Part shown: positions 1 to 8,112 of the stretch, piece after piece
Numbering within the stretch: the first letter of the stretch is position 1
How the letters are laid out: every line of letters starts with the position of its first letter
Source: Usitatibacter sp.
GTDB lineage: Bacteria; Pseudomonadota; Gammaproteobacteria; Burkholderiales; Usitatibacteraceae
Assembly (NCBI GenBank): GCA_039915735.1
Contig: JBDSMR010000123.1
Span: forward strand, 61 to 64,060
DNA length: 64,000 nt
Direction: 5' to 3'
Translations under genes and position numbers: made by a program
The notes under the pieces: generated by a model
Seen by the model: the letters and a program-made list of their open reading frames with translations, nothing else
What the model was told of the DNA's origin: nothing
The model's database searches: none

Positions 1-1
1 C

Positions 2-172
2 GGCTCGCTCGGGCTACCCGCGATGCAGGTGAAGGTGACCGCCATCCGCCGCACCGGAACGCGCGAGGTCGACCCGGTCGACGACGAGCAGGTGCGCGAG
101 GGCGACGTGCTGGTGCTGCTCGGCACGCAGGAAAACCTCGCGCGCGCGGAGATGCGCCTGCTGCAGGGCTGA
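2..172 (+). CDS. 3-prime end of a gene ending in an RCK_C/TrkA-C regulatory domain (as on CPA2 cation/proton antiporters or K+ channels); the 5-prime end lies outside the window
   Basis: Frame 2 reads without stops to ...AMQVKVTAIRRTGTREVDPVDDEQVREGDVLVLLGTQENLARAEMRLLQG. This fits the TrkA-C pattern (GD-hLhhhG ... hxxh). TGA at 170-172 is followed by a terminator hairpin. Confidence 0.5.
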   Translation, partial: GSLGLPAMQVKVTAIRRTGTREVDPVDDEQVREGDVLVLLGTQENLARAEMRLLQG

Positions 173-207
173 AAAAAAAACGGCCCGCGATGCGGGCCGT
201 CGTTTTC
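172..207. terminator. Bidirectional intrinsic terminator between two convergent genes
   Basis: An A9 run (172-180) precedes the stem CGGCCCGC (181-188), loop GAT and stem GCGGGCCG (192-199), followed by TCGTTTTC. It sits between the stop at 170-172 (+) and the pilin stop at 224 (-). Confidence 0.75.
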
Positions 208-223
208 GGGCGCTGGCGCCGGA

Positions 224-910
224 TCAGAACGTCATGCAGACCGTGTACGGGACATCGGGGTCCATCACCGCGCCGGTGCAGCTCGCCGGGGCGGCGGCGG
301 TCTTCGAGGCGGTCGCGCCGACCGCGGTGGAAGCACCCACGTCGGGGATCGCACGCATGCTGCCGCTGCAGGGCTGGCCGTCGTCCATCTGCACGTCGAG
401 CTGGAGCGCGAACTTGCCGAGGATGCCCTTGGAGCAGACCTGGTAGGTGCCGGTCATCCCTGCGATGGTCGCGGTCGCGGCCGAGTTGCTCGAGATGCCA
501 AAGTTGCCGCCGACCGCGTTCACCGGGCGATAGGTCGCGTCGGTGGGGTCGGTCGGACCGGCGGCGAGGTTCGCCAGGCGCACGTGCTGCCAGAAGAGGA
601 AGGCTTCCGAGGTGCCCGAGGCGTCGTTCCAGCTGCCCTCGATCACGCCGTTGCCGAGCGTGCCGCCGGTGGCCGCCGTGGCGCCGGGCACGTGGCTGGT
701 GACCGTCGCGTCGTCGCCGGGCAGGGACTTGAACTTGTCCTGGTAGGCGTAGATGTAGGTCGGGATCACGCGGAAGTCGTTCGCGATGTTCTTGACCTTG
801 GCGCTGTTGATGAGCTCTTGGCCCTTGAGGATGCCGCCGAGCAGCAGTCCGATGATCACCAGCACGATGGCGATTTCTACGAGGGTGAAGCCTGACTGTT
901 GTGATTTCAT
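224..910 (-). CDS. Type IV pilin-like protein with a prepilin N-terminal cleavage/methylation domain
   Basis: Taking the internal ATG at 910 gives MKSQQSG/FTLVEIAIVLVIIGLLLGG. That is a short basic leader, then G-F-T-L-V-E and a hydrophobic helix, the class III signal of type IVa pilins. AGGAG lies 9 nt upstream. The C-terminal part has 4 Cys, allowing disulfide loops. No pilus assembly genes are adjacent. Confidence 0.85.
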   Translation of the reverse strand: MKSQQSGFTLVEIAIVLVIIGLLLGGILKGQELINSAKVKNIANDFRVIPTYIYAYQDKFKSLPGDDATVTSHVPGATAATGGTLGNGVIEGSWNDASGTSEAFLFWQHVRLANLAAGPTDPTDATYRPVNAVGGNFGISSNSAATATIAGMTGTYQVCSKGILGKFALQLDVQMDDGQPCSGSMRAIPDVGASTAVGATASKTAAAPASCTGAVMDPDVPYTVCMTF

Positions 911-960
911 GATTTTTCCTGAATCTCCTGGGCGTTTGCTGCTTTCCCGACAATAGCTAA

Positions 961-975
961 GCAACTGCCATGCCA
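961..975 (-). promoter_or_regulatory. Candidate sigma-54 (-24/-12) promoter for the pilin gene
   Basis: The reverse complement of 961-975 is TGGCATGGCAGTTGC. It matches TGGCAC-N5-TTGC with correct GG/GC spacing and lies 50 nt upstream of the ATG at 910. Confidence 0.6.
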
Positions 976-1157
976 GAAAGCTAACCGACTGTTTTTAATG
1001 CCTATTTACGGAGCTCGTCTGCTTTCGAAGCGTCCTGCGGTAGGGCGCTTGTCGAAACATCGGACACCGATCGTCGGAATCCCGACAGTCTAGCGCGTCA
1101 TGGCGCCGGGGGCCCGGTTTCATTATCCTCGGCCATCCCGCGCCGGAATCCCACGCC

Positions 1158-2897
1158 TTGGCTCCATTTACCCAGACCAGCTCGCAGCGAATCGCCCACA
1201 TCCTGTTGGCGGGCCGGCGCTGGGTCGTCATCGCCATGCTGCTGGCGTTGCACGCCGCGCTGATTTCGCCGCCGGGCGAGATCTTCCAGCGCGTGTGGCT
1301 GCTGGTGCATTTCGGCCTTTTCCTGCTGTGGCAGCCGTTCTTCGCCACCGAGAGCGAGCTCGACATCCCCTCGGTCGCGATCCTGCTGGGCGTGACCGCC
1401 GTGATCCTGTATTTCGTCGCCGGCTGGATGGTGGTGATGTGGCTGCTTCTGCTGCTGGGCATCCTCGGCGGGCGCGTGTTCACGGTGAAGGCGGCGCCGC
1501 GCAACCGCTTCTACCTCGTCGCGTTCGCCTACGTGTTATCGGTGCTGCTGCTCTGGGGCGTGCCGTCGCTGATCATGGGCGAGGAGGAGGTGCCGGACAA
1601 CGTCGCGCTTTTCGTGCGCCACGTGTTGCCCTTCATGCTGGCGGCCCTGATGGTCCTGCCACTGCCCGACGACGACGATCGCGGCCAGGTGTTCGATTTC
1701 TTCTACGCCGTGCTGGTGTTCCAGCTGTGCGTGGTGCTGGTGCTGGGCTCGATCGTCATGATGCGTTTCACCGACGAGAACTATGTCAATTCGGTGCTGC
1801 TCACGGTCATGGGGTTCGGCCTCGCGCTTTTCATCTTCGCGGTGTTGTGGAACCCGATGCGCGGCTACGGCGGACTGCGCACGTATTTCTCGCGCTACCT
1901 CATGTCCGTCGGCATGCCGTTCGAGCTGTGGATGCGGCGCATCGCGGAGCTGGGCGAGGTGGAGCACGACCCGCGGCGCTTCCTCGAGGCGGCCCTTGCC
2001 GAGATCGCCGAATTCCCATGGATGCGCGGCGGGCGATGGAAGTCGCCCGACGGCGAAGGCAGCTTCGGCGAGAAAAGCGCGTTTGCTTCCAACTACAGCC
2101 ACCAGGACCTGGAGATCGAGTTCTACACCGCAATCGAGCTCTCGCCGGCGCTGTTCCTGCACATGCGCCTGCTGGCGCAGGTGGTCGGCGAGTTCTACGA
2201 AGGCAAGCGGCGCGAGAGCGCGCTTCGCCACCACGCGTACCTGCAGGCGGTCCACGAAACCGGCGCGCGCCTCACGCATGACGTGAAGAACCTGCTGCAG
2301 TCCCTCTACGCGATCACTTCGATGGTGCCGCGCGAGAACAACCCCGCGGATGGCTACTCGAACCTGCTGCAGCGCCAGCTGCCGCAGCTCGCGCGCAGGC
2401 TGCAGGCAACCCTCGACAAGCTGCGCTCGCCCGAGGTGCCCACGCGCGATCTGCCGATGCGTGCCGGCGCGTGGTGGGCGGACCTCGAACGCCGCCTCGG
2501 TGGGCCTGACATCGCCTTCGGCGCCAGCATCAAGGACGACTTGCCGGTGCCGTCCACGCTGTTCGACAGCTTCGCGGAAAACGTAATCGACAACGCGCGC
2601 GCCAAGGCGCTGCGCGAGCCGGGTATCAGGATCAGCGTGCGCTTCGCCCTCTCGCGCCACGAGCTCGAACTCGCGATCACCGACGATGGATCGGCAATTC
2701 CGGATTCCGCGTCGCAGCGCCTGTTCAGGGAGCCGATCGAGCGCAACTCCGGCCTCGGCATCGGGCTGTATCACGTGGCGCGCATGGCCGAGCAGTCGGG
2801 GTACGGCGTGCGTGTCGCCGCGAACCGTGACGGGGAAGTGCGGATCGTGCTGGCGCGCCGCGACGAGCGCGACGTCTCAATTCCCTGGAAGGGCTGA
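1158..2897 (+). CDS. Polytopic membrane sensor histidine kinase with no response regulator nearby
   Basis: The N-terminal ~250 aa contain about 7 hydrophobic segments. The H-box is HETGARLTHDVKNLLQSL, the N-box AENVIDNARAKA, G1 ITDDGSAIP and G2 SGLGIGLYHV. The ORF-track start is TTG 1158; ATG 1236 is an alternative, so the start is uncertain. Confidence 0.8.
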   Translation: MAPFTQTSSQRIAHILLAGRRWVVIAMLLALHAALISPPGEIFQRVWLLVHFGLFLLWQPFFATESELDIPSVAILLGVTAVILYFVAGWMVVMWLLLLLGILGGRVFTVKAAPRNRFYLVAFAYVLSVLLLWGVPSLIMGEEEVPDNVALFVRHVLPFMLAALMVLPLPDDDDRGQVFDFFYAVLVFQLCVVLVLGSIVMMRFTDENYVNSVLLTVMGFGLALFIFAVLWNPMRGYGGLRTYFSRYLMSVGMPFELWMRRIAELGEVEHDPRRFLEAALAEIAEFPWMRGGRWKSPDGEGSFGEKSAFASNYSHQDLEIEFYTAIELSPALFLHMRLLAQVVGEFYEGKRRESALRHHAYLQAVHETGARLTHDVKNLLQSLYAITSMVPRENNPADGYSNLLQRQLPQLARRLQATLDKLRSPEVPTRDLPMRAGAWWADLERRLGGPDIAFGASIKDDLPVPSTLFDSFAENVIDNARAKALREPGIRISVRFALSRHELELAITDDGSAIPDSASQRLFREPIERNSGLGIGLYHVARMAEQSGYGVRVAANRDGEVRIVLARRDERDVSIPWKG

Positions 2898-3794
2898 GAC
2901 CACTTCCTCGAGGCCACGGCGCCAGTGGCCGATGGCAGCACCGAGTTGCGACTCGAGGCGCGCCGACGAAAGCACTGAATACGCCGGCCGCTTCGCGGGT
3001 GTCGGGTATTCGCTGGTCGCGATGGCAACCACGCGCGGCTCCCTGAACGCCACGCCACGGCGCCGTGCCACTTCCGCGAAGATCGCCTGCGCGAAGCCGA
3101 ACCACGTGGTCTCTCCCGCCGCGGTGGCGTGATACAGCCCACCCTTCTCCGCCAGCTGGTCGACTTCCGCACGCTCGAGCATGTCCATGTTGCCGTCGCG
3201 ATCGAGCAGCTCGCGCACCAGGCGCGCAAGGCAGCGGCTCGAGGTGGGCGAGCCACGCTGGTCGTCAACCACGCGCAGCTCGTCGCGCGTCTCGGCCAGC
3301 CGCAGCATCGTCAGCAGGAAGTTCTTGCCGTGCGGACCGTAGACCCAGCTGGTGCGCAGCGTGAGGTACTTGCATCCGGATTGCGCGATGGCACGCTCGC
3401 CCTCGAGCTTGGTGCGCCCGTAGACGCCGAGGGGATGCACCGGGTCATGCTCGACGTAGGGCGAGAACTTGGTGCCATCGAACACATAGTCGGTGGAGAG
3501 GTGGACCAGCAGCGCATTGGCGCTCCTCGCCTCTTCCGCGAGGACGCCAGGTGCCACCGCGTTGACTGCATGCGCCGCGGCTTCGTCGGACTCCGCGCGA
3601 TCGACGGCGGTGTATGCAGCCGCGTTGATGATCACGTCAGGGCGCACTTCGCGCACGCGCGCGGAAATCTGCGCGGGGTTCGCGAGGTCGAGCGCGGCGC
3701 GATCATGGGAAAAGAGCTGCGCGCGGCCTTCGAGCTCCCGCGCCAGCTCCATTCCCACCTGCCCGCGCGCGCCGGTGAGCAACACGCGAATCAC
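2877..3794 (-). CDS. rfbD: dTDP-4-dehydrorhamnose reductase
   Basis: A GTG start at 3794 overlaps the rfbC stop (GTGA). The N-terminus IRVLLTGARGQVG is a Rossmann motif, and STDYVFDG plus YGRTK are the RmlD catalytic region. It is the last gene of the rfb operon. Confidence 0.9.
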   Translation of the reverse strand: MIRVLLTGARGQVGMELARELEGRAQLFSHDRAALDLANPAQISARVREVRPDVIINAAAYTAVDRAESDEAAAHAVNAVAPGVLAEEARSANALLVHLSTDYVFDGTKFSPYVEHDPVHPLGVYGRTKLEGERAIAQSGCKYLTLRTSWVYGPHGKNFLLTMLRLAETRDELRVVDDQRGSPTSSRCLARLVRELLDRDGNMDMLERAEVDQLAEKGGLYHATAAGETTWFGFAQAIFAEVARRRGVAFREPRVVAIATSEYPTPAKRPAYSVLSSARLESQLGAAIGHWRRGLEEVVSALPGN

Positions 3795-4336
3795 GGGAAG
3801 GTTTCCGCCTGCGCGAGTGGCGTGCCGGCCGCGTCGTTGGGCTTGAGCAGCGCCTCGCCCTCGAAGGGCCAGTGGATGCCGAGCGCGGGGTCGTTCCAGA
3901 GCAGCGTGCGCTCGTGCTGCGGCGCGTAGTAGTCGGTCGTCTTGTAGAGGAACTCGGCGTGCTCGGAGAGCACCACGAAGCCGTGCGCGAAACCCTCGGG
4001 CACCCACATCATGCGGCGGTTCTCCGCGGAGAGCCGCTCGCCGAACGACTTGCCAAACGTGGGCGAGGAGCGGCGCAAGTCGACCACGACGTCGTAGACC
4101 TCTCCCGACACGACGCGCACCAGTTTTCCCTGCGCCTGCTGCAACTGGTAGTGCAGGCCGCGCAACACGTTGCGGGCAGAAGCGGAATGGTTGTCCTGCA
4201 CGAAGCGCACTTCACGGCCGACGGCCGCGTCGAATGCCTGCTGGTTCCAGCTCTCCAGAAAGAAGCCGCGCGCATCACCGAACACCGCCGGCTCGATGAC
4301 CAGGACATCGGGGATCGAAGTTGCAACGACCTTCAT
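3791..4336 (-). CDS. rfbC: dTDP-4-dehydrorhamnose 3,5-epimerase
   Basis: MKVVATSIPDVLVIEPAVFGDARGFFLESWN...RGLHYQ...VAHGF is a typical RmlC cupin sequence. Confidence 0.95.
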   Translation of the reverse strand: MKVVATSIPDVLVIEPAVFGDARGFFLESWNQQAFDAAVGREVRFVQDNHSASARNVLRGLHYQLQQAQGKLVRVVSGEVYDVVVDLRRSSPTFGKSFGERLSAENRRMMWVPEGFAHGFVVLSEHAEFLYKTTDYYAPQHERTLLWNDPALGIHWPFEGEALLKPNDAAGTPLAQAETFP

Positions 4337-4379
4337 GATCTATCTGTGTCCATCTGTGTTCATCCGTGGTTTCCCTGCC

Positions 4380-5261
4380 TCAGAACACGCGGTCGCGCAG
4401 GACCGCAAGAAGATACTGGCCGTAGGAGTTCTTCTTCATCGGCTCGGCGAGCTTTTCCAGCTGCGCCTCATCGATGTAGCCCATGCGATAGGAGATCTCC
4501 TCCGGGCATGCGATCTTGAGGCCCTGGCGGCGCTCGATGGTCTCGATGAAATGCGCGGCTTCCAGCAGGCTTTCATGCGTGCCGGTATCGAGCCACGCGG
4601 TGCCGCGGCCCATCACCTCGACCGCCAGCTCGTCGGCCTGCAGGTAGCGGCGATTGACGTCGGTGATCTCGAGCTCGCCGCGCGGCGAAGGCGCAAGCGC
4701 GGCCGCGATGTCGCTCACCTGCCCGTCGTAGAAATAGAGGCCCGTGACCGCGTAGCGCGATTTCGGATTCTCCGGTTTTTCCTCGATGCTCACCGCGCGC
4801 CCCTTGGCGTCGAATTCCACCACGCCGTAGCGCTCCGGATCCTTCACCGGATAGGCGAACACGGTGGCGCCGTTCGCGCGCTGCGCGGCCGATTGCAGCG
4901 ACACCGCGAGGTCATGGCCGTGGAAGATGTTGTCGCCCAGGATCAGGCAGCTCGGCTCGCCGTTGACGAAGTCGCGGCCGACGATGAAGGCCTGCGCCAG
5001 GCCCTCGGGCCGTGGCTGCACCGCGTACGAGAGCTCGATGCCCCATTCGCGCCCGTCACCCAGCAGCTCCTGGAAACGCGGCGTGTCCTGCGGCGTGGAG
5101 ATGATGAGGATCTCGCGGATGCCGGCGAGCATCAGCGTGGTGAGCGGGTAATACACCATCGGCTTGTCGTAGACCGGAAGCAGCTGCTTCGAGATCACGC
5201 GCGTGGCGGGGTAGAGCCGCGTGCCGGAACCCCCGGCGAGGATGATGCCCTTGCGTTTCAT
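4380..5261 (-). CDS. rfbA: Glucose-1-phosphate thymidylyltransferase
   Basis: The internal ATG at 5261 gives [20 protein letters not shown], the RmlA signature. This start overlaps the rfbB stop (ATGA). Confidence 0.95.
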   Translation of the reverse strand: MKRKGIILAGGSGTRLYPATRVISKQLLPVYDKPMVYYPLTTLMLAGIREILIISTPQDTPRFQELLGDGREWGIELSYAVQPRPEGLAQAFIVGRDFVNGEPSCLILGDNIFHGHDLAVSLQSAAQRANGATVFAYPVKDPERYGVVEFDAKGRAVSIEEKPENPKSRYAVTGLYFYDGQVSDIAAALAPSPRGELEITDVNRRYLQADELAVEVMGRGTAWLDTGTHESLLEAAHFIETIERRQGLKIACPEEISYRMGYIDEAQLEKLAEPMKKNSYGQYLLAVLRDRVF

Positions 5262-6319
5262 GATCGCTTTCCGTAGTTCATCTCGACCCACTCGCGGTAG
5301 GCGCCGCTTTTCACCTGCGCCACCCAGGCCGCGTTATCGAGGTACCAGCGCACCGTCTTCGCCAGGCCGCTGTCGAAGGTCTCCCGTGGCGTCCAGCCCA
5401 GCTCCGAGCGGATCTTGCGCGCATCGATGGCGTAGCGGCGATCGTGGCCGGGGCGGTCGGTCACGAACCTGATCAGCGCCCGGTGCCCGCCTTCTCGCGG
5501 CGCCAGCTTGTCGAGCGTGTCACAAAGCGCGTGCACCACCTCGAGGTTGCGCTTCTCGGAGTTGCCGCCGACGTTGTAGGTCTCGCCCGGGCGACCCGTT
5601 GCGAGCGCCACGCGGATCGCCTCGCAATGGTCGTTCACGTAAAGCCAGTCGCGCACCTGCTTGCCGTCGCCGTACACGGGCAGCGGCTTGCCTTCGAGCG
5701 CGTTGGCGATCATCAGCGGGATGAGTTTCTCGGGGAACTGGTACGGGCCGTAGTTGTTGGAGCAGTTCGTCGTGATCGCGGGGAAGCCGTAGGTGTGGTG
5801 ATACGCGCGCACCAGGTGATCGGAGCCGGCCTTCGAAGCCGAGTAGGGACTATTGGGCGCATAGGGCGTCGTTTCCGAGAACGCCGGATCGCTCTCGGAC
5901 AGCGAGCCATAGACCTCGTCGGTGGACACATGCAGGAAACGGAAAGCGGCTTTTGCATCACTTTCGAGTTTCTGCCAATGCGCGCGTGCCGCTTCGAGCA
6001 GCTGGAAGGTGCCGACCATGTTGGTCTGCACGAAGGCGCCCGGGCCCACGATCGAGCGGTCGACGTGGCTTTCCGCGGCGAAGTGCACCACCGCGCGCGG
6101 GCGATGCTGCGTGAAGGTCTTTTCCAGCGCGGCGGCATCGGTGATGTCCGCGCGAACGAAATGGTGGCGGGCGTCGGATGCGACCGAGGCCAGGTTGGCG
6201 AGGTTGCCGGCGTAGGTGAGCGCGTCGAGGTTCACCACCGGTTCGGATTCGGCGCCAAGCCAGTCGAGCACGAAGTTGGAGCCGATGAAGCCCGCGCCGC
6301 CAGTGACGAGGATGGTCAT
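5258..6319 (-). CDS. rfbB: dTDP-glucose 4,6-dehydratase
   Basis: [24 protein letters not shown] and YSASKAG match the extended SDR family of RmlB. The start overlaps the upstream GT2 stop. Confidence 0.95.
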   Translation of the reverse strand: MTILVTGGAGFIGSNFVLDWLGAESEPVVNLDALTYAGNLANLASVASDARHHFVRADITDAAALEKTFTQHRPRAVVHFAAESHVDRSIVGPGAFVQTNMVGTFQLLEAARAHWQKLESDAKAAFRFLHVSTDEVYGSLSESDPAFSETTPYAPNSPYSASKAGSDHLVRAYHHTYGFPAITTNCSNNYGPYQFPEKLIPLMIANALEGKPLPVYGDGKQVRDWLYVNDHCEAIRVALATGRPGETYNVGGNSEKRNLEVVHALCDTLDKLAPREGGHRALIRFVTDRPGHDRRYAIDARKIRSELGWTPRETFDSGLAKTVRWYLDNAAWVAQVKSGAYREWVEMNYGKRS

Positions 6320-7086
6320 TTCGGGGTTTTCTCGAGTTCGATGAGCTTGAGGTACTTGTGGAACGAGTTGTTGCAGCCGATCACGATGTGGGCAAAGCCC
6401 GGTCCGCCGTCGAGGAAGCCGAGGCGGATGAAATAGAACTTGATGAAGCGCGCGAGCGGGCTGGTGAGCAGCCGCCAGTAACCGGCGCGCACGCCCTGGC
6501 GATACAGCGCCTCCGCATGCAGCGAGGTGTAGCGGTTCTGCTTGGTCATGTAGGTGGCGACATCCTCAGCGGAGTCATGCAGCAGGTCGCCCTCGAGGCG
6601 CCCCACCTTCGCCGTGGTCAGCACCGCTTCGTGCACCTCGTCGTTGGACCAACTGGCGTGCGCGCGGTGGAAGAGCCGCACGGTCCAGTCGGGATACCCC
6701 TCGCCGTGGGACAGCCAGCGGCCGAGGAAGCGGTTGCGGCGAGCGAGGCGGTAGGCGCGATAGCGCGACTGCGCGAAGGCCGCGCGCACCGACTGCGCCA
6801 GCTGCTCGGTCACGCGTTCGTCCACGTCGAGGCACAGCACCCAGTCGTTTTTCGCGATCGAGACCGCGTATTGCTTCTGGCGCCCGAAGCCGAGCCATTC
6901 CTTGTGCTCGACACGCGCGCCGTGGTGGCGTGCGATATCCGCCGTGCCGTCGCTGCTGCCGGAATCAACCACCAGGATTTCGTCGGCAAAACCGACGCTC
7001 TCCAGGCACGGCCCGATCTGGGTCGACGCGTTGAGCGCGATGATGGCAACGGTGATGGGGAGCTTGTCGTCGGCGGGTTTCGCCAC
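6316..7086 (-). CDS. Family 2 glycosyltransferase, probably LPS core (WaaE/KdtX-like)
   Basis: The N-terminal [11 protein letters not shown]...[11 protein letters not shown]...CLDVDE shows GT2 DxD-type motifs. It has a GTG start, is the first gene of the rfb operon and is divergent from waaC. Confidence 0.75.
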   Translation of the reverse strand: MAKPADDKLPITVAIIALNASTQIGPCLESVGFADEILVVDSGSSDGTADIARHHGARVEHKEWLGFGRQKQYAVSIAKNDWVLCLDVDERVTEQLAQSVRAAFAQSRYRAYRLARRNRFLGRWLSHGEGYPDWTVRLFHRAHASWSNDEVHEAVLTTAKVGRLEGDLLHDSAEDVATYMTKQNRYTSLHAEALYRQGVRAGYWRLLTSPLARFIKFYFIRLGFLDGGPGFAHIVIGCNNSFHKYLKLIELEKTPK

Positions 7087-7149
7087 GGGACTATCTGGGC
7101 TGCGCGTGAGGGCGACATTCTACCCCGCGCCCCCGGATTAGAATGCGCC

Positions 7150-8112
7150 ATGCCCGTGCCGCGTGTCCTGTTGGTGAAGCTCTCGTCGCTCGGCGACGTG
7201 GTCCACAACCTCCCCGCCGTCACCGACCTGCTCGAGCACCGCCCCGGAATCCACGTCGCCTGGGCCGTCGAGGAGGCCTATGCGGAACTGGTGGCCCTGC
7301 ATCCCGGTGTCTCCGAGGTGATTCCCGTCGGCCTGCGGGGCCTCAAGCGCAACCTCTTCGACCGCGCGCGCTGGAAACGCGTCGGTGAGACGCGGCGCAC
7401 GCTGGCCAGTGGAGGCTGGGACTACGTGATCGACACCCAGGGACTGGTGAAAAGCGCGCTGGTCACGCGCGCGGCACGTGGCGTCTCCTTCGGCATGGAC
7501 CGCAAGAGCGCGCGCGAGAAGGCGGCCGCCCGTTTCTACGACGTGCAGATCCCGATAGCGCGCGAGCGCCATGCAGTGGAACGCATTCGCGAACTGGTGG
7601 CGAAGGTGTTCGGCTATCGCGTCGAGGGTCCGGCCCGCTACGGACTCGTGCCGCCGCCCGCGCCACCGACCTGGGCGCCTCCCGCGCCGTATGCGGTGCT
7701 GTTGCAGGCAGCCAGCAAGGCCTCCAAGCGCTGGCCTGACGATCACTGGATCGGATTGGCCGGCCTTCTCGCGCAGAGTGGGCACGCCTCGGTATTTCCC
7801 GGCGGCAGCGAAGCCGAACGCAGGGACGCCGCGCGGCTGGCCGCTGCATGCACCAATGCCATCGCGGCGCCGGCGATGGGCCTTGCCGAAGCGGCCGCAC
7901 TCATCGGCAACGCCGCGCTGGTGGCGGGCGTCGATACCGGCCTCACGCATCTCGCGGTGGCGCTGGGACGCCCCACCGTCGGCATCTACACCGCAACGCG
8001 CCCCGAGCTGACCGGCCTGCATGGCAACAATGGGGTGAATCTCGGCGGGCCCGGCATGGTGCCCTCGATCGAGGGCGCCGCCGCCGCCCTCGGCTACCAG
8101 CCCGCCGCATGA
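7150..8112 (+). CDS. waaC: Lipopolysaccharide heptosyltransferase I
   Basis: MPVPRVLLVKLSSLGDVVHNLPAVTDL parallels the E. coli WaaC N-terminus MRVLIVKTSSMGDVLHTLPALTDA. The start is ATG 7150 or GTG 7156. The part of the ORF-track entry upstream of 7150 is non-coding shadow. Confidence 0.85.
   Translation: MPVPRVLLVKLSSLGDVVHNLPAVTDLLEHRPGIHVAWAVEEAYAELVALHPGVSEVIPVGLRGLKRNLFDRARWKRVGETRRTLASGGWDYVIDTQGLVKSALVTRAARGVSFGMDRKSAREKAAARFYDVQIPIARERHAVERIRELVAKVFGYRVEGPARYGLVPPPAPPTWAPPAPYAVLLQAASKASKRWPDDHWIGLAGLLAQSGHASVFPGGSEAERRDAARLAAACTNAIAAPAMGLAEAAALIGNAALVAGVDTGLTHLAVALGRPTVGIYTATRPELTGLHGNNGVNLGGPGMVPSIEGAAAALGYQPAA

Noticed and set aside
190-702. A 170-aa extremely Arg/Pro/Ser-rich ORF on the plus strand
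   Set aside because: It is antisense to the pilin gene, has an implausible composition (RRRSSRRSRRPR...) and has no start context. It is a shadow ORF.
6358-7149. A 5-prime extension of the waaC ORF (the track entry starts at 6358)
   Set aside because: The extension is antisense to the GT2 gene and has no similarity to heptosyltransferases. Similarity to WaaC starts at MPVPRVLLVKL (7150).
7087-7149. An ops/JUMPstart element (GGCGGTAG) upstream of the rfb operon
   Set aside because: The only near match is GCGGGGTAG on the minus strand, with two mismatches to the 8-mer core. That is insufficient.
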